Assembly: GCF_030028105.1 (NCBI RefSeq)
Contig: NC_092374.1
Span: forward strand, 204,996,724-205,047,323
DNA from: Mobula birostris
Lineage: Eukaryota
DNA length: 50,600 nucleotides
Reading direction: 5' to 3'
In this document: positions 36,001 to 44,319 of the stretch, piece after piece
Layout of the letters: the number at the start of each line of letters is the position of its first letter
How positions within the stretch are numbered: the stretch's first letter is position 1
Position numbers and translations under genes: made by a program
The notes under the pieces: model-generated
The model's input: the letters and a program-made list of their open reading frames with translations, nothing else
The model's database searches: none
Told to the model about the DNA's origin: nothing

Positions 36001-39000
36001 AGGTGAAAAACCAGTAAGGGGAAAGATAAAGGGGCGGGGGAGGGGAAGCAGGGAGGTGATACGCAGGAAAGGTGAAGAAGGAATAGGGGAAAACACAATG
36101 GGTAGTAGAAGGAGGTGGAACCATGAGGGAGGTGATAGGCAGCTGGGGTAGGGGGCAGAGTGACATAGGGAGAGGGGAAGGGAGGGGGAGGGAATTACCG
36201 GAAGTTGGAGAATTCAATGTTCATGCCAAGGGGCTGGAGACTACCTAGACGGTATATGAGGTGTTGCTCCTCCATCCTGAGTTTAGCCTCATCGTGGCAG
36301 TAGAGGAGGCCATGTATGGACATATCTGAATGGGAGTGGGAAGCAGAGCTGAAATGGAAATTGAAGGGATATGTAGGAGACTCTTAGGCACAAGGATGAA
36401 AGAAAAATGCAGGGCTATGTACAAAATGAGGATTAAATTGATCTTAGAGTAGGTGAAACAGAAAATGTACAACAGCACAGGATCAGGCCAGAATGTTGCG
36501 CCAGCCCAGTTAAATTAGCAATCAAGTGGCCAGCACTGTGGGCCATAGGGCCTGCGCTGTTCGATGTTATCAAGTTGGCACAGCTCGGAACCACATCCAT
36601 CTTTAGGCAAGTATCACCGAGACTGTCCTGAGCAGTTGCATCACTGTCTGGTACGGGAATCGCCAGGCCCACCAGGGTTTCCCTTCCACCCACCACGGGA
36701 ATCACCAGGCCCACCAGGGTTTCCCTTCCACCCACCACGGGAATCGCCAGGCCCACCAGGGTTTCCCTTCCACCCACCACGGGAATCGCCAGGCCCACCA
36801 GGGTTTCCCTTCCACCCACCACGGGAATCGTCAGGCCCACCAGGGTTTCCCTTCCACCCACCACGGGAATCGCCAGGCCCACCAGGGTTTCCCTTCCACC
36901 CACCACGGGAATCGCCAGGCCCACCAGGGTTTCCCTTCCACCCACCACGGGAATCGCCAGGCCCACCAGGGTTTCCCTTCCACCCACCACGGGAATCACC
37001 AGGCCCACCAGGGTTTCCCTTCCACCCACCACGGGAATCACCAGGCCCACCAGGGTTTCCCTTCCACCCACCACGGGAATCGCCAGGCCCACCAGGGTTT
37101 CCCTTCCACCCACCACGGGAATCGCCAGGCCCACCAGGGTTTCCCTTCCACCCACCACGGGAATCACCAGGCCCACCAGGGTTTCTCTTCCACCCACCAC
37201 ATCTTCACCATCAGCGCTGTGTGTGCAGGGGCCTCAGCATCGGCAATGATCCCTCCCATCAGTCCAGCAGACCCCTCCATCAGGCAGAATGTTCTCAGAA
37301 CTGCTCTTTCTCCCAGACTGTGTGGCTACCGGGACTCCCAGCCACCACCCATGTCTCACCACGTAATGAAACATCAGTAGCATTACACTGTTCACTTTCT
37401 ACCTCGTGTCAAAAATGCACCTTAACATTTGCTAACTTATTTACGGTAGTACTACTTTGGGGAGGAGATGTATCTCTACCGAGGAGAGATACAAGGTGCT
37501 ACTTCCATCCGCTACCCTGCAGCTCACCCTTGGCCAAGGTGAAACAACCGCTTAGTCCCCTGATCAGGGTCCCATGCAGGCATGGAAGCCGGTGGTGGAC
37601 GGTCATAGAAGCATATCACAAGACCACTAACGCCAGGCAGACAATCTCTGAAGAGTATTGACGACGGCTGGGGGGGGGGGGGGGGGGGTTGTCACCCATC
37701 TTATAAAGGCACTGCCCAGAAAGTGGCAATGGCAAACCACTTCTGTAGAAAAGTTTGCTAAAAACAATAATGGTCATGGAAAGACCATGACTGCCCATGT
37801 CATACAACATGGTACATGAAGATCAAATAAATGTTATCTTGTGTGTTATTTGTGTGAGTTACATGTACTGTATTGTGTACCTTGCTCCAGAGGAGCATTG
37901 TTTCGTTTGACGGTACACGTGTATGGCCGAATGACAATAAATTGGACTTGAACTTCCCCCAGCCTGCTACATGCGACAATGCCGTATCTGTTGGGTTGCA
38001 GATTCACCGAGCTGCATGAGACCGGTTGTGATGACACCACAGCCTCTCTCCTGACCTGCCAGTGGCATTCACCCAGGCACCATCCCCCGGTTTATGCCCA
38101 CAGTGCCCTCTCCCCACCACCAGTTCGCTCCTCGTCTCTGGACTGACCTGGGATCCTCAGCCTGGACGTCAGCACCTTCAGCGTGCCGGCCTTCACCCTG
38201 CACTTGACGTCGGTCATGTCACTCATCACCTTCAAGGTGCTGGCAATGCGGTAGAAGCCATCTGGGTCCTTTGTCATCTGGGACTCAGCCTTCACCTCCT
38301 GCTCCCCGCTTCTGGTCCACTGAATACTGGGTTTGGGGTACCAGCCAGAGGAGCTGCACTTGATCTTGATCCTGTTGCCTTGGTAACCTTCCAAACGAAT
38401 GGAAGGTTGAAGGCCCAGGCCTGTGAAGAGGCAAATCAGGTTTAGTATCACTGACATTTGTTGTGAAATTTGTTGTCTTGCCGCAGCAGTACAGTCAGTG
38501 CAAGACGTAAAAATCACTATCAATTAAAATAAGAATCTATGTTAAAAAAAACATAGCAAAATAGTGAAGTGGTGTCCGTGGACCTTTTAGAAATGTGATG
38601 GTGGAGGGGAAGAAGCTGGTCCTAAAACATGTCTTCATGTGTGTCTTCGGGCTCTTATACCTCCTGCTTTTTTAAAAAAATTATTGTGTTCTTTATCTTG
38701 TTGTGTTTTATTTAGTGCCGCATGGAATCCAGTGTAATTGTTATTTCATCTGTGTACTGGAAACAACACTGAACGATCTTGAATCTCCTCCCTGATGTAG
38801 AATGTCACCACCTTGAGGCATCGCCTTTTGAAGGTGTCCTGGATGCTGAGGAGGCTCGGGGCCCACGAGGGAGCAGGCCGCGTCTGTATCCTCTGCAGAC
38901 TGGCTGCCTCGCTGCCTGGTATGGAGGGGCCACTGCGCAGGATCGGAAAAAGCTGCAGAATGTTGTAAACTCAGACAGCTCCATCGAGGCCACCAGCCAC

Positions 39001-41289
39001 CCCGCCTTTCAAAAGGCAATGACTCAGATTTGCAGCATCCACCATTAAGGGCCTTCACCGTCCAGGACATGCCCTGTTCTCATGTTACCACCTAAGAGGA
39101 GGTACAGGAGCCTGAGGAGAAGGCCAGAATGAATTAAATTGGGGGAAAAGAGAGGTTTGGAGATGCAGGGAGGGAGGGAGAGGGTTGTCAAGATGGGTTG
39201 ATATGGGGGAGAGAGATATGGGATGTGTATGATCTTGCACTTTGGTAGAAGGAATAGAGGCCTAGACTACTTTCTAAACAGGGAGAAAATTCAAAGAGAC
39301 TTGTGAGTCCTCGTGCAGGATGAACTTGCAGGTCAAATTAGCAGCAGGGAAGGCAAATGCAACGTTGGCATTTACTTTGAGAGGACTGAAATAAAAGAGC
39401 AAGGATATACAAGGGATTGGTCGGACCACATGGAGTATCAAGAGCAATTTTGGGCCCCAGAAACGATGTGTTGGCATTGGAGAGGGTCGAGAGGTTGTTC
39501 ACAGGAATGATCTTGGGAGACAAATATTAGATTAGAGAGGAGGTTGGGACAGAGACAAGGTATCCGAGAAACTTACTGGAAACCTTCAGTGAAACGACAG
39601 CCTGCTCGGGGACTCTGTTATACTCCACCATACACAAGTATTCCCCCTCATCGGCCAGCCGCACACCACTCAACCTGAGCGAGACATTGCCCTTCTGGAA
39701 GTCGTCCTTGAAGAGCTCGGTGCGGCCCCGGTAAGCCTCGTCCTGGCCCTCCACAACATCCTTGCCGTTGCGGTACCGGTGGACGACGGTGCTCGCCTTG
39801 GTGTCACTGCGCATCCAGCGTATCTCCATGCTGGGTGGCATGTTCTCCGGGACCAGCTGACACTCCAGGACAGCCACGCTCTGAACCATGGCCGCGACGG
39901 CCTGCGCCGGCCCCGTGACCTTGAACTGTTCTACCCTCTCTGTCGTGGGAGAGAGGAGAGAAGCAGGTGTGTTATCCTCACGGATACTCGAGCAATGATA
40001 CACAAAGGGTGAGCGCGCTATACAGCAGGCAATTAGGAAGGCTGGTTTTGGGGGGGGGGTAGCAGTTGGCATAATGCTTGACTGTAAGGGCTTTATATGT
40101 TCTCCCTATGACCATGTGAGTTTCTTCTGGTTACCCCCCGCAGTCCAAAGACGTACTGGTTACTAGGTTAATTGGTCATGGCTGTAATTGGGTAGCACAA
40201 GTTCGAACGGCCTGTTACCCAGCAGTATCTTGGGATATTCAGGATAGATAAAAATCCTGAGGAAGGGACTCAGCCTGAAATGTCGACCATTTATTCCTCT
40301 CCATACAGGCTGCCTGACCTGCTGAAGTTCTCCAGGATTCTGCGTGTGGCCTTTACTTTTAATATTTTCAGTCAGATGACTATAAACTTGAAACTTGAAA
40401 AGCAAGTAAGAAAGAGGAATAGGAGCCGGCCAATCTATAACAGGCCCCTCCTGCCCAACGAGGCCGTACCACCCAATTACAACCATGTGACCCACGAATC
40501 TACTAACCCGTACATCTCTGGGACGTGGGAGGGAACTGGGGCACTCAGAGGTGGTCACAGGGAGAACGTATTTCCAGAAAGAACCTGCTCCGCAATGTCA
40601 CCAAGACAAAGGAAGTGGTTGTCGACTTCAGAACTCACCCCCATCACATCCCTTTTTCACATGCACGGCACAGCAGTGGAAACTGTGAGCGGTTTCAAAC
40701 TCCTGGGAGCGCACGTCTCACACAACCTCTCGTGGTCCCAGGACACATCGTACGCAATCGGGAAAGCTCACCAACACCCCTGCTTTCTGAGGGGAGCGGG
40801 TCTTTGCACATCTATACTCATGTCATTCTACAGATGAGTAGCAGAGAGCATCCTAACAAGATGCATCACTGCTTGCGGTGGAACCTGCAGTGCAGCGGAC
40901 TCTACAACCGGTAGTCAGAACTGCCCAGTGCATCACTGGCACCTATCAACAATGCATATCCAGAAAGGTGCCAGAAACAACCAGAGTCTAAGGACAGTCC
41001 GCCACTGCCACCACAGCACACGCACAACTCACCAATCCTAATCGGTACATATATGGGACATGGGTGAAAACCAGACAACCTGGTGGAAATACAAACTCCT
41101 TACAAGCAGCAGTGGGAATTGAAACCTGCGCAATAACGTGACTGAATTAACCGTACGCTGCTGTGCCGCCATGAGAGAGGACTTCAGAAAATGGCATCAC
41201 TCACGGGTGCAGGTGAAGTAGATCCTACAGAAGAGCAGGATTAGAGTCCAGCGTATCTTCCATCTACCCATCTCTCTTCGCATCAGCAT
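11550..41289 (-). CDS. Butyrophilin-like (BTN/BTNL family) type I membrane protein, 501 aa: SP-IgV-IgC-TM-heptad linker-B30.2. join(complement): 41205..41289, 39577..39939, 38148..38420, 26846..26965, 24963..24989, 19555..19581, 18469..18489, 17191..17211, 15487..15513, 13256..13282, 11550..12064
   Basis: All 11 coding exons have pyrimidine-tract+AG acceptors, and all but the terminal exon have GT donors. All junctions are phase 1. Lengths sum to 1506 nt (502 codons) with no internal stop. Domain order and motifs (QFKVTGP..LECQL..IRW..DEGEYLC; [10 protein letters not shown]; DEFFPR+TM; [17 protein letters not shown]) match the butyrophilin family. Orthology to a specific mammalian BTN cannot be assigned. 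Confidence 0.93.
12430..13070 (+). mobile_element. Rex1/Babar 3' fragment with a ~114-bp internal tandem duplication (units at ~12536 and ~12650)
   Basis: [19 protein letters not shown] occurs twice, followed by the 3' UTR. Confidence 0.75.
13256..13282 (-). CDS. BTN-like micro-exon 11 (27 nt, AAERVIVAA)
   Basis: gtttctttgtgttttcag|...|GTGAGT, phase 1-1. Occupies the position of the short exon that precedes the B30.2 exon in BTN genes. Confidence 0.87.
13740..14595 (-). mobile_element. CR1 3' fragment interrupted by a SINE
   Basis: [17 protein letters not shown] and [13 protein letters not shown] on the minus strand, either side of 14095..14390. Confidence 0.75.
14095..14390 (-). mobile_element. 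tRNA-derived SINE
   Basis: Minus strand starts gggcacaTGGCCAAGTGGttaagg (A box) ... GTTTCGAGCC (B box), then a gtgtccctgagcaaggcacttaa conserved SINE body and a non-tRNA tail. Confidence 0.8.
15487..15513 (-). CDS. BTN-like micro-exon 10 (27 nt, DLETTLSTE)
   Basis: ctcttttgttacag|...|GTAAGG, phase 1-1, open frame. Confidence 0.83.
15722..16015. repeat. 61-bp minisatellite, ~4.8 copies
   Basis: Unit ccgatggctgcaggtcacagccacggtgccagttcaggaccgagggagacggaccaggagc; one copy carries an internal inversion. Confidence 0.92.
16395..17155 (+). mobile_element. CR1 3' fragment containing an expanded minisatellite
   Basis: [18 protein letters not shown]..; continues to the CR1 tail after the tandem array. 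Confidence 0.8.
16505..16875 (+). repeat. ~61-bp minisatellite, ~6 copies, derived from CR1 ORF2 ([18 protein letters not shown])
   Basis: agtggatgtggagaggatgtttcct variants at ~16510, 16571, 16632, 16692, 16753 and 16814. Confidence 0.92.
17191..17211 (-). CDS. BTN-like micro-exon 9 (21 nt, ESAQNNY)
   Basis: ttctttttctttcttgtttcattccag|...|GTAAGT, phase 1-1, heptad-sized. Confidence 0.87.
17600..17920 (+). mobile_element. Rex1/Babar RT fragment
   Basis: [29 protein letters not shown]. Confidence 0.75.
17935..18195 (-). repeat. Short dispersed repeat (SINE-like; reverse copy of 37490..37815)
   Basis: Reverse-complement similarity to 37490..37740. Confidence 0.6.
18469..18489 (-). CDS. BTN-like micro-exon 8 (21 nt, ENLKTLT)
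   Basis: ctttctcttttaatttcag|...|GTGAGT, phase 1-1, heptad-sized. Confidence 0.87.
19555..19581 (-). CDS. BTN-like micro-exon 7 (27 nt, QYESIINEI)
   Basis: cttttctgttcttgcag|...|GTAAGA, phase 1-1, open frame. Confidence 0.85.
19690..20210 (+). mobile_element. Penelope-like 3' fragment
   Basis: [34 protein letters not shown] plus the tail/pLTR segment. Confidence 0.8.
20212..20970 (+). mobile_element. Rex1/Babar LINE, 5'-truncated, with an uninterrupted C-terminal ORF
   Basis: [49 protein letters not shown]; (atgact)n tail. Confidence 0.9.
21860..23470 (+). mobile_element. Penelope-like element with an internal deletion of the RT core
   Basis: [10 protein letters not shown] and [14 protein letters not shown], then a jump past motifs B/C; [25 protein letters not shown]; tail. 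Confidence 0.88.
24285..24850. repeat. Unclassified ~560-bp non-coding dispersed repeat, copy 2
   Basis: Colinear similarity with 29500..30050 (ggggtttactcccaaag, ggtttgagatcaga, gtttt(t)aaggtgcca, ggttgtcaga). Confidence 0.75.
24963..24989 (-). CDS. BTN-like micro-exon 6 (27 nt, ELYKRPTLE)
   Basis: cctgtctgttctcttccag|...|GTAAGT, phase 1-1, open frame. Confidence 0.85.
25100..25610 (+). mobile_element. Penelope-like 3' tail fragment
   Basis: ..[12 protein letters not shown] plus the pyrimidine-rich tail. Confidence 0.75.
26081..26352. repeat. 30-bp minisatellite, 9 copies, in a LINE 3' UTR
   Basis: agtt(t/c)tgtgttgtttca at 26091, 26121 ... 26331 with an exact 30-bp period. Confidence 0.92.
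26570..26790 (+). mobile_element. tRNA-derived V-SINE/HE1-like SINE
   Basis: gggttcaattccc B box plus the gtttgtacgttctccccgt..gtgggtttcc..gtccaaagac body. Related copies at ~8420, 13500, 40050, 40400, 41040 and 42560. Confidence 0.7.
26846..26965 (-). CDS. BTN-like exon 5: transmembrane exon (120 nt) [40 protein letters not shown]
   Basis: Acceptor cctctccccag|AT and donor AGT G|GTAAGC. A ~22-aa hydrophobic span followed by a basic RKR stop-transfer. xxFFPR is the usual BTN post-IgC motif. Confidence 0.92.
27150..27720 (-). mobile_element. CR1 3' fragment
   Basis: [21 protein letters not shown] on the minus strand, plus the CR1 tail. Confidence 0.75.
27798..29409 (+). mobile_element. Full-length (1612 bp) Tc1-family DNA transposon, IR/DR type, transposase inactivated
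   Basis: ~215-bp TIRs (27798..~28012 and ~29195..29409) starting CAGTG and ending CACTG+TA, each with inner and outer direct repeats. Transposase remnants [38 protein letters not shown] and AAKGTSTKY-stop (29191). Start codon mutated and premature stops present. Confidence 0.93.
29500..30050. repeat. Unclassified ~560-bp non-coding dispersed repeat, copy 3
   Basis: Colinear with 24285..24850. Confidence 0.75.
30230..33015 (+). mobile_element. Long CR1 LINE (ORF1 SGNH-esterase + endonuclease + RT), 5' part of an interrupted copy
   Basis: ORF1 [23 protein letters not shown]; endonuclease ISETWL, VYRPPN, VGDFN and DHNMIEF; [22 protein letters not shown] and NYRPVSL. Confidence 0.93.
33016..33973 (+). 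mobile_element. Second-subfamily CR1, 5'-truncated, nested inside the previous CR1
   Basis: Resembles the 49650..50600 subfamily ([23 protein letters not shown]); ends in a ctatgt-type tail at ~33973. Confidence 0.85.
33974..34925 (+). mobile_element. 3' remainder of the interrupted CR1
   Basis: Resumes at [20 protein letters not shown], matching the 4160..5070 subfamily. Confidence 0.87.
34925..35500 (-). mobile_element. CR1 3' fragment
   Basis: [16 protein letters not shown] on the minus strand. Confidence 0.7.
35837..36350 (-). mobile_element. Penelope-like 3' fragment inserted in a CR1 tail
   Basis: Reverse complement of the [31 protein letters not shown] segment and tail. Confidence 0.8.
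36655..37200. repeat. 42-bp minisatellite, 13 near-identical copies, inside a Rex1 remnant
   Basis: Unit gggaatcgccaggcccaccagggtttcccttccacccaccac; 13 x 42 = 546 bp. Confidence 0.96.
37490..37815 (+). repeat. SINE-like repeat with an RTE-type tail
   Basis: atggcaaaccacttc..gaaaa tail resembles RTE/Bov-B 3' ends (recalled, not searched); second copy at 17935..18195. Confidence 0.55.
38148..38420 (-). CDS. BTN-like exon 4: IgC domain (273 nt)
   Basis: Acceptor ctcttcacag|GC and donor CCA G|GTCAGT. Contains the [15 protein letters not shown] motif typical of BTN/B7 IgC and a second Cys in VKCRVK. Confidence 0.93.
39577..39939 (-). CDS. BTN-like exon 3: IgV domain (363 nt)
   Basis: Acceptor ctctcctctctcccacgacag|AG and donor TCC A|GTAAGT. 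Ig C..W..C triad (LECQL, IRWMR, DEGEYLC), a BTN-type HRYRNGKD...YRGRTELF segment, and an N-glycosylation sequon NVS. Confidence 0.95.
40580..40980 (+). mobile_element. Rex1/Babar fragment
   Basis: [25 protein letters not shown]. Confidence 0.75.
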
Positions 41290-41304
41290 TAAACCAATGG
41301 ATCC
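41205..41304 (-). CDS. BTN-like exon 2: 15 nt UTR plus signal peptide [28 protein letters not shown] (CDS 41289..41205)
   Basis: Acceptor ttttttgctctgttgcag|GGATCC and donor ACC C|GTGAGT (phase 1). Basic n-region followed by a hydrophobic core. In-frame ATGs at 41289, 41283 and 41271; the last (GAGATGG) has the best Kozak context. Confidence 0.8.
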
Positions 41305-41319
41305 CTGCAACAGAGCAAA

Positions 41320-41500
41320 AAATGGATAATAAAAACCGCTGAGAGAATCACCGGGGTCTCCCTCCCTCCCGTATGTGATATTTACCGGGATTGTCGTAGG
41401 TAAAGGGCCCAAAGTATTGTTGAGGTTCCCAACCACCCATCCCACAAACTCTTTAACCCACTACTGTCAGGAAGAAGGTACGGAAACATCAGTAGGATTA
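41320..41500 (+). mobile_element. Rex1/Babar C-terminal fragment abutting the exon 2 acceptor
   Basis: The plus strand reads IIKTAERITGVSLPP..DIYRD..HPSHKLFNPLLSGRRY. Confidence 0.75.
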
Positions 41501-42019
41501 GTCATATTAGTATATTAAAATATTATTAAATTAGTTATATATATTAATAATTAAAAATGTTTTCTTGTGTTTTATTTTGTGCTGCATGGAATCAATGGAT
41601 TAATATATATTAATATATTATTAATATAGTAATACCATATATTAATATATTATTACTGTATTATTATTATTACTACATATTAGTCATACACTAGCTTCTT
41701 CCCTCAGGCTGTGAGACTAATGAGTACTCTGCTACCCCCCCCGGTCTCAATAGGAGAGCGAGCTGTTTACCTGTGCTGAGCTCTATATGCATTTTGAATT
41801 ATATTTTATTATTTTGCCTGTGGAAACATTTTGTTTTATGTGCCGTGTGTGATACATGTGCTGTGGGTGCCAATGTGGTCTGGAGGAACGTTGCTTTGTT
41901 TGGTTGTATATATGTACAGTCAGATAATAAACTTGAAAAGGAGGTAAGAGAAGAGGAGCAGGAGTTGGCTAATCCACTACCCTGCTCTGCCATTCGGTAA
42001 GTCAGCGGATGCTTATTTA

Positions 42020-42559
42020 TGTTAACGTGCTGTAGGGTTTCACTGATAATGTAATGGTTTCTCTGTAGCAGCAATGTTTGGGTTATGACTGGAGATAACA
42101 GGGTTCGGAATGCTGTTGTTCTTTCTTGTGAGTCTGGAAGAGAGATTTTCCCAGTCTTTTGCTTGGGAGAGATGAGGAGAGAAGACGTGAATGGAGAGAG
42201 TTGGTAGACCACCAGACAGGGTGGACTTGGAGCGAGGGTCCGAAGGGCAGCGACGATCGGAGGAGGTCGATGGTGGACAATCGGTTTATCACTGAGCTCC
42301 AACATTGCGCAACAGACTGATTAATAAGATTGGGCCCTTTTTTTCTTTATTTATTGTTTCTTTACTAACCATATAGTCAAAGTAAGAATTATTAAAATTC
42401 ATCGTTTAATCGCATATTGTGTACTGTTTGTTATTTTGGGGGGCTGATTTGTAACAGGGGACACATCGCAGCACCCACCCAAGCGAGATTTCTTTAAGTT
42501 TAGCCAGGCCGGGGGCCACCACCCCCTATATTAAACCGCTAGCCGAAGTGAGAGTCACA
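42020..42559. mobile_element. Possible solo LTR (~540 bp)
   Basis: TGT...ACA-bounded non-coding block unlike the LINE families around it; TSD unconvincing (ttta/ctta). Confidence 0.3.
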
Positions 42560-42759
42560 CTTAATTTAGAGATAAAGTACAGTAACAGGCCCTTCGGGTC
42601 TTACAAGCCTAAAGCACCCAATTTCATCCACGTGAGCAATGAACCGACTAACCCGTGTGTCTTTGGAATGCTGGCGGAAACCGGACCACCGGCAAGAAAC
42701 ACATGCAGTCACGTGCAGAACGTACCAAGTCCTTCCGCTAATCATACCACCCAATCCGT

Positions 42760-43660
42760 GTGCTTGGATCTTCAGAAGGTCTTTGACAAGCTGCCATACG
42801 AGGCTGCCGAACAAGCTACGAGCCCACGGTACCACAGAAAAGATTCTAGCACGGAGAAAGCAGTGGCTGACTGGCAGGAAGCACAGAGTGGGAATAAAGG
42901 GGGCCTTTTCTGGTTGGCTGCCAGTGACTAGTGGTGTTCTGCAGGCATTGGTGTTGGGACCCATGCTTTTTACGTTATACGACAATGATCTGGATGACAG
43001 AATTGATGGTTTTGTGACCAAGACTGTGGATGAAACAAAAATAAATAGAGGGGCAGGTAATTTTTCAGGAATCAGGGACTCTGCAGAAAGACTTAGACAT
43101 ATCAGGAGAATGGGCAAAGAAGTGACAGATCGAATACAGTGTGGGGAAGTGTAGGGTCATGTACTTTGGTAGAAATAATAAAAGCATTGACTATTTTCTG
43201 AACAGGGAAAAAATTCCATCAACCCAACGACAAGCGCCATCCCTCGCTGCACACATTCCTCCAAACCATCAAGCCCCGTCCATCCACGCACACATTGTCC
43301 AACCCAACAACAAGCCCCATCCATCCATCCATCCACCCACATACACAATCCTGCAACCCAACAGCAAGCTGACTGTGGACTCGTTGACTCGTGGTCGCTG
43401 GCTTTTTGATTTCTGATTTCAGCACAATCAATATACCGCCCCATAACTTCATATAAGTGGAGAAGATGTTTCCTATAGTGGGGGGAGTCCAGGTCCAGAG
43501 GGCACAGCCTCAGAATAGATGGACGTCCACTTACAACAGAGATGAAGCCAAATTTCTTTAGCCAGAGAGTGTTGAATCTGTGGAATTCATTGCCACAGAC
43601 AGCTGAAGAAGCAAGTCATTGGGTATATTTAAAGCAGAGGCTTGGATTGATGGGAGAAGG
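42760..43660 (+). mobile_element. Degraded CR1 RT/3' fragment interrupted by a low-complexity (CCAT-rich) insert at ~43215..43400
   Basis: DLQKVFDKLP, KQWLTGRKHRVGIKGAFSGW and LGPMLFTLYDNDLDD. Confidence 0.75.
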
Positions 43661-43694
43661 AGTTAAGACAGGAAGGGAAGGAATTATATTGACT

Positions 43695-43965
43695 TGACTT
43701 AGAATTGGCATACTATGCTTAATTATTCCTTGTATCCTGTTGGATACATCACCCTGGGATGTGAAGGCATTGTCATCACTGTGAAACAGTTGAACACATT
43801 ATTTTACAGTGTAAAGCGTACAGGGTTGAAAGAAAGCAAATACAGGCTGCACTCCTAGCTTTGGGGTTGACAGTTTTCATTTTAAAATTTTACTAAGTTA
43901 TGGAAGAGATGTGTCTTTCAGTATTTACAATCTACAGGGCTCTTCGGGGTAATTTAGTTTTCAGT
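43695..43965 (+). mobile_element. I-clade (Nimb-like) LINE 3' fragment
   Basis: Frameshifted LRIG(H)T.LNYSL..G.HHPG..CHHCETVEHIILQCKAYRVER, the C-terminal CCHC knuckle region typical of I/Nimb ORF2. Confidence 0.6.
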
Positions 43966-44310
43966 TAAACATAGAAACATAGAAAACCTACAGCACAATA
44001 CAGGCCCTTCGGCCCACTAAGCGGTGCCAAACATGTCCCTACTGTAGATATTACTAGGCTTAGCAATACATAGCCCTCTATTTTTCGAAGCTCCATGTAC
44101 CTATCCAAAAGTCTCTTAAAAGACCCTATTGTATCCGCCTCCACCACCGTTACCGGCAGCCCATTCCACGCACTCACCACTCTCTGAGTAAAAAACTTAC
44201 CCCTGACATCTCCTCTGTACCTGCTCCCCAGCACCTTACACCATTTCAGTCCTGGGAAAAAGCCTCTGACTATCCACACGATCAATGCCTCTCATCATTC
44301 TATACACCTA
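43966..44310 (-). mobile_element. CR1 3' fragment
   Basis: [31 protein letters not shown] with an (atgtttct)n-type tail. Confidence 0.85.
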
Positions 44311-44319
44311 AACGATTCA

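Noticed and set aside
36433-37661. 365-aa collagen-like [17 protein letters not shown] and 255-aa antisense ORF
   Set aside because: Both come from the 42-bp intronic minisatellite (a multiple of 3); no splice or promoter context.
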